From Photobacterium phage PDCC-1, in sequence record MN562221.1: a stretch of DNA of 24,000 bases. One strand, written 5' to 3'. Below the pieces are notes generated by a model that was given only the letters and a program-made list of their open reading frames with translations, searched no databases and was not told where the DNA came from. Every line of letters starts with the position of its first letter. Within the stretch, counting starts at the first letter, position 1. Below, piece after piece: positions 16,721 through 24,000 of the stretch. Position numbers and translations under genes: made by a program.

Positions 16721-18913
16721 ATGAAAAGAAATATCGTAGCTCAGCTGACCCCTAGTTCTGCTGGCGTTTACACAGCTATCAAAGCGGGTCTTAACCAAGG
16801 CGCTTTCCAGTCGTTTGCTGGTGTTGAATCTCTACAAACAGCGAGCGAGCAATTAGGCTTGGTTACTGGTAACGAATCATTCAGTGGTTCTGCGCGTGAA
16901 ACACTTAAAGCCCTAACTGGTGAACAGCAATTCGCTGTAATCAACTCTGTGCAGCGTGCACTAGAGAAAAACTCTGTTGACGGCATGGAATCTCTACTAA
17001 GCGAAGAAAAGAAAGTCGCTGGTATGGAAGGTTTCTCTTGGGCTCAGTCTCCTGGTCATTCTGTTGAAGGCAAAGCGGCTTCTATCACACTTAACGCTCT
17101 AGCTCACCGTCAAACTGACGCAGCTGAAGCGATGTTCAAGACGGTTTCTGTTCCTTACGAATCAGAGCAACTTGAATACACAGTTCGTACTTCAGGTCTA
17201 GGTCGTTACATCTACGGTGCATCTGCATTTGATTCAGCGTCTCAACTACAACCTGTTACAAGCCTACTGCGTCAGTCTAAATACTTCCTAGACGACACAC
17301 TAGAGCTAACTCCGGTTTACCCAGCGGCATCTGATTCTCCAGTTCGCAAGCTATTCGTTGACGAAGCAGACTTCACTCCTTGGGAAAAGTCTTACTCTAA
17401 CGCGGACGCACTACGTCGCTCAAACCACCTAACGTCTTTCATTAAGACTGGTAAAACAATTACCAACCTACTAGGTATCGCTGAAGTACCTGGACAGACT
17501 CCTTTCGATAACTCAACTGACGAAATCGAAGCGAACTCTATCACTGTTCAGAAAGTTCTATTCAAAGTAACTATCGGTGGCACTGACCACGTTCTAGTAC
17601 TTCCAACGAACAACTTCACAAACTCTTCTTTCGGTGTGACTTCTAACGGCCACAGCTCTGACGACCGTCTACTAAACATGGTTGTAAAAGCTCTACCTGT
17701 TACTGCGTTCCAAGCAAAAGACGGCACTGAAACAACAGCATTCGATCCAGTACAAGCTGGCGGCGCTAAAGCTTACTTCAGCTTTACACTTGGTGGTACT
17801 TACCAACGTCAAACTAACTCGATCACGACTAACGCGTCTGATCTAAACCTTGACTACATCGAACTAGATGACGTTAAGCACAACCAGGCTACTAAGTCTA
17901 CTACTGTGAAAGCGCTATTCAGCAAGTTCGAAAACGGTCAAGTGATCGGTTGGTTGCCTTCGTACAACCACAACAACGTTAACCGTACTAACTTCGGTTA
18001 CCGTGTTGAAGTGTTCGACGCACACAAAGTGATGAACGTTCGTCGCGAAACTCCTATCTCTGTGAAATACCCAGTTGATAAGAACGACGTGAACGAAGAG
18101 TCTCTAAGCTTCGCTATCGAAGAGATGAACACAATCCTACAAGCGCAAACTACAGCTAAAGCTTACCAAGCTGCTGAAGGTCACATTGCACGCGTAGCAT
18201 CTCTAAACGGTCACGCGATCGTAGGTAACGAACAGTCTGCTTCTGTAATGGCTGGTATGCACTTCGTTAACGCTTCTTACCTAAACCGTAAGATGAAGCT
18301 AGCGGACGCTGTATCTGCTCTTGACTCTACTACAGTTCTAGAAGCTGTAGAGAAAACGCTAACTATGAACATCACTGAGCTATGTGCAGCACTAAGCACA
18401 GTGTCTGGTCTAGCGGCGATTTCTGAGTACCGTCGTATCGACAAGAAGTGGGTAATCGTTGGTCACCAAAACCTAGCACGCTACATGATCCGTCAAGGTG
18501 ATGCACGTACTATCGGTGCTGGTATCTCGTTCCAAGCGATCGAGTCTAACCTAGACGACATGATCGGTAAGTTCTACATCTTCCCAGAATCTGACACTAA
18601 CGGCGAAAACATCGACGTTATCGGTGGCATGGGTGTGATGGTTTCTAAAGAACACCAAGTGATCCAAGCGAACCTAACTCGTAACAACGCGGACTTCGGT
18701 ATCGTAATCACTCAACCAGCATACAAACACCACTCTGTATGTCCTATCATCGGTGTACTAGAAATCGAAGATGCGAAACACGCAATCGACGAAGAAGGTC
18801 TAATCCGTTACCTAAACGCTCAGCGCGTAAAAGTAACTAACGCCGACGAGTTCCCTGAAGCTGGTGGTGCTGCTGGTGCATCAGCTGACGCTGACGCTGG
18901 TAAACTACCATAG
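16721..18913 (+). CDS. Major capsid protein, phiKZ gp120 family
   Basis: 730-aa ORF with SD AAAGGA. Sequence and length match my knowledge of the phiKZ-like jumbo phage MCP (MKRNIVAQLTPSSAGVYTAIKAGLNQGAFQSFAGVESLQTASEQLG...). Strong codon bias and a dedicated terminator. Confidence 0.88.
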   Translation: MKRNIVAQLTPSSAGVYTAIKAGLNQGAFQSFAGVESLQTASEQLGLVTGNESFSGSARETLKALTGEQQFAVINSVQRALEKNSVDGMESLLSEEKKVAGMEGFSWAQSPGHSVEGKAASITLNALAHRQTDAAEAMFKTVSVPYESEQLEYTVRTSGLGRYIYGASAFDSASQLQPVTSLLRQSKYFLDDTLELTPVYPAASDSPVRKLFVDEADFTPWEKSYSNADALRRSNHLTSFIKTGKTITNLLGIAEVPGQTPFDNSTDEIEANSITVQKVLFKVTIGGTDHVLVLPTNNFTNSSFGVTSNGHSSDDRLLNMVVKALPVTAFQAKDGTETTAFDPVQAGGAKAYFSFTLGGTYQRQTNSITTNASDLNLDYIELDDVKHNQATKSTTVKALFSKFENGQVIGWLPSYNHNNVNRTNFGYRVEVFDAHKVMNVRRETPISVKYPVDKNDVNEESLSFAIEEMNTILQAQTTAKAYQAAEGHIARVASLNGHAIVGNEQSASVMAGMHFVNASYLNRKMKLADAVSALDSTTVLEAVEKTLTMNITELCAALSTVSGLAAISEYRRIDKKWVIVGHQNLARYMIRQGDARTIGAGISFQAIESNLDDMIGKFYIFPESDTNGENIDVIGGMGVMVSKEHQVIQANLTRNNADFGIVITQPAYKHHSVCPIIGVLEIEDAKHAIDEEGLIRYLNAQRVKVTNADEFPEAGGAAGASADADAGKLP

Positions 18914-18946
18914 AGCGAACTAGTTAACTAAACCGTTAACTTACTT

Positions 18947-18984
18947 TAATACTCCTCCCTGCTTTCGGGCAGGGAGGAGTATTA
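18947..18984 (+). terminator. Terminator after the MCP gene
   Basis: TAATACTCCTCCCTGC-TTTCGG-GCAGGGAGGAGTATTA, 16-bp perfect stem. Confidence 0.85.
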
Positions 18985-19094
18985 TGTTTCTGTTAAATTT
19001 TTACAAACCTATATTATCTTCCTGATGCATGACGATGTATCGTTTAATTACTTAATTAAGTTTTGTTGTACATTACCTCATGAGGAAATATATT

Positions 19095-20165
19095 ATGTCT
19101 GTAAAGATCCCTTCTAACTTTCTTGAACGTCCGCAAATCTATGGACGTGAGAAACCAGCACATCGCGAACATATAAACGTCGAAGTCTTAAACTACACAA
19201 CGGAAGACTTGTTCATAAAACGCAGTTCATACAACACCGTGTGTCAACCGCTTACTATTATGGACGAGCCAAGATGTTGTGTAGAAGTCATTGTTACTTA
19301 TTCTTTTAACTTCGAAAACATTCCTTCTTTCTTTGAACCGGAAACTCCACTGGACTTATACATCATGTTTAAGATCAGAGAAGCGTACCGCAATAAGTCG
19401 GAGGAGGAATTAATCGCATTTGGTGGTCAAATCAATGGACGATTGGTAATCGGGATATCCCGTACCAACTTAGGGGAATACGTAGGAAGCGATGGTGGTG
19501 TACACTCTCGGCTTTTAAGTATGTCTTTTTATCCCTTCCAAAAACTTGAAAAGGACTTTGTTAAGATTCCGTCTCCGTTTTATTCTGGTATCACTGTTGA
19601 TCCCAGTGGTAATCGAGTAGATCGTAATTCTCCAACACAAGTTCTTTATGAGTACGTAAATAACACCAACCCGGACGCAGTCATTTATACGCCTGTAAAC
19701 GGTCAGGTGTTGAAACTCGTCCCTAAGCAAGATCCAAATCAAGAAGATGGATTAAAACTTACCGTAACTTCTATATTAGGTATGAAAGAAATATTTTCAC
19801 CAATACCTGATCCGGTTGTTAATCGGGAAAAGTTCTTTAAAGCATTAGAAGATAACAATCTTTATTTGTCGTCCTCTGAAGCCTTAGAGTCCATTAATAG
19901 TAAATCTTTACAGCAAGCCACATCTATGGTGTCCTCACTGCAAACTAAAGTGAAGGCGCTAGAGAAGGAAACCCTTACACTGAGGGAAGCACATGGTAAG
20001 CTTAAAGAAACGAATAGCAAGCAACAACTCAAACATGAACAAACTTCGGTTTGGAGTAAATTATTTGAATCGGTAATCAAAGTGCCATTCAACATAATCG
20101 GACACTTGCTAGAAGCTAAATTAACCCAGGTCTTAGCACCCAAGTTAATGTCAGCTATTTTGTAA
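19095..20165 (+). CDS. Hypothetical protein, about 356 aa, with C-terminal coiled coil
   Basis: ATG 19095 preceded by GAGG. The C-terminal region SLQTKVKALEKETLTLREAHGKLKETN looks coiled-coil. Confidence 0.6.
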   Translation: MSVKIPSNFLERPQIYGREKPAHREHINVEVLNYTTEDLFIKRSSYNTVCQPLTIMDEPRCCVEVIVTYSFNFENIPSFFEPETPLDLYIMFKIREAYRNKSEEELIAFGGQINGRLVIGISRTNLGEYVGSDGGVHSRLLSMSFYPFQKLEKDFVKIPSPFYSGITVDPSGNRVDRNSPTQVLYEYVNNTNPDAVIYTPVNGQVLKLVPKQDPNQEDGLKLTVTSILGMKEIFSPIPDPVVNREKFFKALEDNNLYLSSSEALESINSKSLQQATSMVSSLQTKVKALEKETLTLREAHGKLKETNSKQQLKHEQTSVWSKLFESVIKVPFNIIGHLLEAKLTQVLAPKLMSAIL

Positions 20166-20210
20166 TCTTACCTATGTGTTACCTCGCTAAAATAATAAGA
20201 GGAAACACAA

Positions 20211-21884
20211 ATGGACCCGAGGTTACTTGATGCTATCGACGAAACCATGCCCCGTATGAATACGGAGTTAACAAAGGGATTCCATGCACGTCAGTTCGAA
20301 GATATCGAAAAATGGTACGAGCGGCAATTACGCATGATCCTAAAGTCGTTAGAATCCAAAGGGGTGAAGTTTCATGGGTTAAGACCCGTACGCCCCGATG
20401 AGATGTTCAAGGTTATTAGCGAAACGACTCAGAACAAAACCTTTGAGACCAATAAAGAATCACTTTATCCAACACGGCTAGACATCACATACACCGATAA
20501 TCAAGGTGTGGAGCGTGTCTTCCCTAACATCTACGTTATGCTCCCGTTTACCGACGAGTATGGCGATATGTATTTACGTGACTCTTTATACTCATTGCAG
20601 ATCGTTCTCGCAGACCGTGGTCTGAGTGTTACCAAAGATGAACAGATCTTTGTGAGAATTCTTGGTTACAAGTTCAAAATAGGCACGGAGAACATCGGTT
20701 TCGATCGATTGTATCCGAGCTTAAATGGCAACCGTACTGCACCCATGCAGCTTAACTTGCCCGCCAACCGCTTCTATACACCAAAAGAAGCGTGGCGAGT
20801 TAACCCGAAGAAAGTACCTGAACCTTTATTGGCTTGGTACATGTTCGCGGAATACGGTGTAACCAAAACGATGGAAAAATATGGTGAATGCGAAATTGCC
20901 GTAGGGGAAAGTGATGTCATTAGTGACAGCTACCCTGAAAGCGAAGGTTGGGAGATCTACGCAAATAGTGGTCGACGTTCAGAGAGACAGTTGACGAAGA
21001 CTTCTATTTTCAACTCCTTTGCGATTGCGGTTCGTCCGTTAAATCGTAAACGGGGAGAGATTCCAACAGTGACATTACAATACGTAGCAAGTTTAATATT
21101 CTTGTTTGATTGCGGTTCCACGCTAGTTGATTTAGATCGACTAGATGACCGAATGTTCTGGCGTTTGATTATTGGTATGTCGTCCATGTCCTCTCGAGGC
21201 GGTGCGGATAACATATTGCGTCAAATGAAAGACCATTTTCAAAGCATCTATGAATACATGGATGAGAGTTCAATCAAGCGCTTTGCAGCGCAACGAATTG
21301 TTGTGAATGATATGTTCGATTTGTTCAACTACATCATCGCAAACCGTACTGAAATCGTTAAAACTGTCGACCGAGCTGATATGCTCCATAAAGAAGTCTG
21401 TTCACTAGAATACACGATGGACCGTCTCATCGTCCGAGCTAATCGTTTTAAACACGATATTAAAAATATCACTGATCTGAACACGAGCAAGGTAGGTCAC
21501 ACTATCGTCCGCTGGTTTGGTCTAAGAGATATAGAACCCGCCGCCCGAGAATCTAACTTGATCCAAGAGTCAACACCAACCGATTGCCCATTGGCAGATT
21601 ATGTGTTAGGTGTCATGACTCAGGCTAAGGTTTGTTCAACACGAGGCAGCAAACGAGCTGGCTTTAACGTCAGCGACCCGGCTAACGGTATTCATCCGTC
21701 GTTACCATTCACTATGTCTCCTGAGCGCATTACTAAACCGGATCCAGATGGTCGTGGGTATCTTAGCCCAACCGTTCATTTGAATCTGTCTAATTGTATC
21801 GTGCTTGATCCAAAACTTCGGGATTTGTATAACGCCACTACTGCTCGTTTGACGACACGTCAGCCGAGAGACAACCAAAAATGA
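20211..21884 (+). CDS. Candidate non-virion RNA polymerase beta N-terminal-type subunit (phiKZ gp123-like) by position and weak motif resemblance
   Basis: 557-aa ORF with AGAGGAAAC SD. Located two genes after MCP, like gp123 after gp120 in phiKZ. VFPNIYVMLPFTDEYGDMYLRDSLYSLQIVLAD and LLAWYMFAEYGVTKTMEKYG resemble phiKZ-type RNAP beta segments. Not verified by alignment. Confidence 0.45.
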   Translation: MDPRLLDAIDETMPRMNTELTKGFHARQFEDIEKWYERQLRMILKSLESKGVKFHGLRPVRPDEMFKVISETTQNKTFETNKESLYPTRLDITYTDNQGVERVFPNIYVMLPFTDEYGDMYLRDSLYSLQIVLADRGLSVTKDEQIFVRILGYKFKIGTENIGFDRLYPSLNGNRTAPMQLNLPANRFYTPKEAWRVNPKKVPEPLLAWYMFAEYGVTKTMEKYGECEIAVGESDVISDSYPESEGWEIYANSGRRSERQLTKTSIFNSFAIAVRPLNRKRGEIPTVTLQYVASLIFLFDCGSTLVDLDRLDDRMFWRLIIGMSSMSSRGGADNILRQMKDHFQSIYEYMDESSIKRFAAQRIVVNDMFDLFNYIIANRTEIVKTVDRADMLHKEVCSLEYTMDRLIVRANRFKHDIKNITDLNTSKVGHTIVRWFGLRDIEPAARESNLIQESTPTDCPLADYVLGVMTQAKVCSTRGSKRAGFNVSDPANGIHPSLPFTMSPERITKPDPDGRGYLSPTVHLNLSNCIVLDPKLRDLYNATTARLTTRQPRDNQK

Positions 21885-22190
21885 GTCATCAAAACCCAAA
21901 CTTTCCACTGTGAAAATCAGTTGAGAAGTATTAGAGCTAACCACAAGACAAATTATTTTGCTGAACTCAATGTTAAATTCAATGGCGGACCTATCCAACC
22001 TGAAGAACCAACACAAAGCGTCAGCACGTCACCTGACACCCAGTCAGAGTGGGTGGCTAAAAAGGTTCCTCAACTTCTCTTACTTAAAGAGATCAACGCC
22101 CTTCGTGACAAATTAGAAATGCCACGATTAAAAGCTCGTTGGTCCCCTAACGGTGATATCATTGATATCGAGGAAGAACCATGCAAGTAA
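21881..22190 (+). CDS. Hypothetical protein, about 102 aa if a +1 frameshift joins 21881-21910 to 21912-22190; otherwise an 89-aa ORF from TTG 21921
   Basis: ATG 21881 has the ATGA coupling typical of this genome but ends at TGA 21911-21913. The downstream open frame (22190 stop) lacks an ATG or a good SD start. The joined product would be MSHQNPNFPL-ENQLRSIRANHKTNYFAELNVKFNGG... Confidence 0.45.
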
Positions 22191-22918
22191 AATTAAGTGA
22201 ATTGTCGTCACAACAATTAACGGAAACCATGATTGAGAGGCAGCACTTCGATGAAAAGTTGCTACGTGATTGGCTGAGTGTAAAATCGGAGATGGGTGAA
22301 TTAGATTCACTACCTATGACTCTGAACATCGAAATCGACGGTAAATTCTATAACGTCATTGTACCAATGAATACCCCGGAATACGCTTGTATCTCGAACC
22401 TTCCGTTTTATCCGGTGGCGGTGGCTAAGACTAAGTTAGAATACCACGAAATAGCCGACTCCATAATCCTGAGTGATTACAAGTCACATGGTGTGGTTTC
22501 GAGCGCTATGCGTGAATTCCTGGTCATGGCTCAAAACAAGCAGAACTCTTATCCCTTCATTTATGAGATAGTGACGGAGGATGAAAAGCTTACTTTGAGC
22601 ATGTTGACTGAGAACGCACTTCATATGAATCCTTCGGAGTGGACTGCTCGTTATGTCGATTACCAAGACTTAACTGTTTATAACCGTAAATCACTCAATG
22701 AGCGCGTTGAGGGTGGTCCCACTAATTCATCCGACGAGATGTTCAAAGAAGTTGGTAACTCTTTACAGGAAGCCATACAGGAAGTTAAAGAGTCACCCCT
22801 GGGTGAGCACATCGAAGGTGGTATGGGTGAAGACGGTCGTTACGTAGTTAAAACCTTCCGTCAGTTCCATACCCGTGAAGAGTACTTGGATTACATGCGT
22901 AAAGTCATGGACCTATAA
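22181..22918 (+). CDS. Hypothetical protein, 245 aa
   Basis: ATG with GAGGAAG SD, 10-nt overlap with the preceding ORF. Confidence 0.7.
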   Translation: MQVKLSELSSQQLTETMIERQHFDEKLLRDWLSVKSEMGELDSLPMTLNIEIDGKFYNVIVPMNTPEYACISNLPFYPVAVAKTKLEYHEIADSIILSDYKSHGVVSSAMREFLVMAQNKQNSYPFIYEIVTEDEKLTLSMLTENALHMNPSEWTARYVDYQDLTVYNRKSLNERVEGGPTNSSDEMFKEVGNSLQEAIQEVKESPLGEHIEGGMGEDGRYVVKTFRQFHTREEYLDYMRKVMDL

Positions 22919-22926
22919 TAAAGACC

Positions 22927-22958
22927 TAACCCTACCTCCCGTAAAGGAGGTAGGGTTA
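22927..22958 (+). terminator. Rho-independent-like terminator
   Basis: TAACCCTACCTCC-CGTAAA-GGAGGTAGGGTTA, 13-bp stem, T-rich tract at about 22970-22979. Confidence 0.85.
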
Positions 22959-23025
22959 TCTTTACTTTCTTATTTTTTTAACATACAGTTTGTTTCAAAC
23001 CTATATAACCTAAGTGTATAAACAT

Positions 23026-23036
23026 GAGTATATACG
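23026..23036 (+). promoter_or_regulatory. Third copy of the GAGTATATACG element, upstream of the membrane-like gene pair
   Basis: Exact 11-nt match to 8566-8576 and 8594-8604, 35 nt upstream of ATG 23071. Confidence 0.4.
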
Positions 23037-23070
23037 AAACTTAATCATTAACCTTAAGAAGGAACACACC

Positions 23071-23544
23071 ATGACTAACACTAACAAATCTCAAGAAACT
23101 AAAGCTACTCAAACTCAACCTATCATCACTGACGATTTCGATAAACCAGTGATCGGTAAGAATGAAGCAGTAGTTAATCCAACACCAGAACATGTTGACG
23201 ATAAACCAAAAACTGAAGAAGAAGTTAGAGAAGAAGTTAAATCTAACATCAACATTTACACTTTGGCGGGTGGTCTTATCGGCGCAGGCATAGGTGCGGC
23301 ACGTACTAAATCCGTTGCTGGCTTTTGCACCGGGGTGGGTGCGTCAGCGGCAGCTAGCTGGATGACGGCTAAAGGTGAAGCTGAGCCACTTAAAGATGCG
23401 GCTAAAGGTCTACTTGCCGGGTTTGCCTCTAGTGTGCTTGTGAGCGAAGCACTCGCTTATACTAACATTGGGTCGGATTCATCACATGATTCTGACGAAG
23501 TAATCAAGACTGTAACTGAAACAGTAACTGAGAGTGAAGAGTAA
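23071..23544 (+). CDS. Glycine/alanine-rich membrane-like protein, about 157 aa (paralog A)
   Basis: ATG 23071 with AAGAAGGA SD. The tool start at 23014 lies in the leader. Contains INIYTLAGGLIGAGIGAA and EPLKDAAKGLLAGFASSVLVSEALAY. Confidence 0.65.
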   Translation: MTNTNKSQETKATQTQPIITDDFDKPVIGKNEAVVNPTPEHVDDKPKTEEEVREEVKSNINIYTLAGGLIGAGIGAARTKSVAGFCTGVGASAAASWMTAKGEAEPLKDAAKGLLAGFASSVLVSEALAYTNIGSDSSHDSDEVIKTVTETVTESEE

Positions 23545-23545
23545 C

Positions 23546-23851
23546 ATGGAAGAAATAACCAAAGAGTTTTCAAAAACATACTACATTAACACCTCAACAT
23601 TAGGTGGTGGGTTAATTGGTTCAGCGTTAGGAGGTTTAATTACTAACTCCTGTACTGGTGTGGTGAGCGGTGCTATTAACTCTGTCATCTACGCTACGTC
23701 TTCTGAACCTCGTCCGGAAGATGAAGAACCAGCTCCTTTACGAGATACTGTTAAAGGTCTTCTCATGGGAGCGGCGACGGCGACGATTACCGGATCCCTC
23801 GCTAACTCCATCTTTGGATCCAAAGACGATTCAGATGAAGTAGAGAAATAA
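23546..23851 (+). CDS. Glycine/alanine-rich membrane-like protein, about 101 aa (paralog B)
   Basis: ATG 23546 directly after the paralog A stop. Contains INTSTLGGGLIGSALGGLITNS and APLRDTVKGLLMGAATATITGSLANSIFG. Confidence 0.65.
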   Translation: MEEITKEFSKTYYINTSTLGGGLIGSALGGLITNSCTGVVSGAINSVIYATSSEPRPEDEEPAPLRDTVKGLLMGAATATITGSLANSIFGSKDDSDEVEK

Positions 23852-23858
23852 ATAGATT

Positions 23859-23890
23859 AAGATGTTATGGGTGAAAGCCCGTAACATCTT
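23859..23890 (+). terminator. Rho-independent-like terminator
   Basis: AAGATGTTATGGG-TGAAAG-CCCGTAACATCTT, 13-bp stem with one G.U pair (further T.G closes a GAAA loop), followed by a T7 tract. Confidence 0.85.
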
Positions 23891-23931
23891 ACTAACTAAT
23901 TTTTTTGTCTATTCTAATAAGGTCGAGTCCA

Positions 23932-24000
23932 ATGAGCATTGAAGTCGCACCACACCCAGTACCGTTTCTTAAAGAAGCGTTTACACTGGGTGACATTCAA
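23932..24000 (+). CDS. 5' end of a gene running off the window
   Basis: ATG 23932 then 23 open codons (MSIEVAPHPVPFLKEAFTLGDIQ...), TAAGG upstream. Confidence 0.5.
   Translation, partial: MSIEVAPHPVPFLKEAFTLGDIQ

Noticed and set aside
16478-16986. Minus-strand ORFs of 106 aa and 72 aa covering the capsid leader
   Set aside because: The first spans the regulatory gap and the second overlaps the capsid gene. No SD, and translations appear non-protein-like.
19515-22666. Minus-strand ORFs 19515-19742, 19862-20143, 20957-21214, 21702-22016, 22128-22310, 22484-22666
   Set aside because: All antisense to well-supported coding sequence, no ribosome binding sites.
1-24000. Transposon, intron, homing endonuclease, toxin-antitoxin or tRNA genes
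   Set aside because: No terminal inverted repeats with a transposase, no recognisable HNH/GIY-YIG/LAGLIDADG motifs, and no cloverleaf seen. Absence cannot be proved without tRNAscan or HMM searches.

Overview
This window is an interior segment of a phiKZ-like (Chimalliviridae-type) jumbo phage genome, most likely from a Vibrio-like host. The anchor is a 730-aa phiKZ gp120-family major capsid protein at 16721-18913. Also present are a prohead-processed internal head protein-like ORF at the left edge and a run of probable virion structural genes (1012-5938). A single minus-strand DnaB/SF4-like helicase lies at 14471-16009, and a candidate non-virion RNA polymerase beta-related ORF lies at 20211-21884. 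Between about 7540 and 14409 is a block of compact genes I cannot assign: a small HTH protein, translationally coupled 135-280 aa proteins, a 560-aa protein and a glycine-rich membrane-like protein. Many transcription units end in long, near-perfect hairpins. The items most worth a second look are: (1) a possible +1 frameshift (or indel) at CTG-TGA, 21908-21913, joining a coupled ATGA start to an otherwise start-less ORF; (2) three related glycine-rich membrane-like proteins, two of them in tandem; (3) repeats and dyads at 8566-8625, with the GAGTATATACG element repeated upstream of the 23071 gene; (4) a shared prohead-protease-like motif in the capsid and internal head proteins; (5) the uncharacterised accessory block. 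No CRISPR array, rRNA, tRNA or transposon was recognised.
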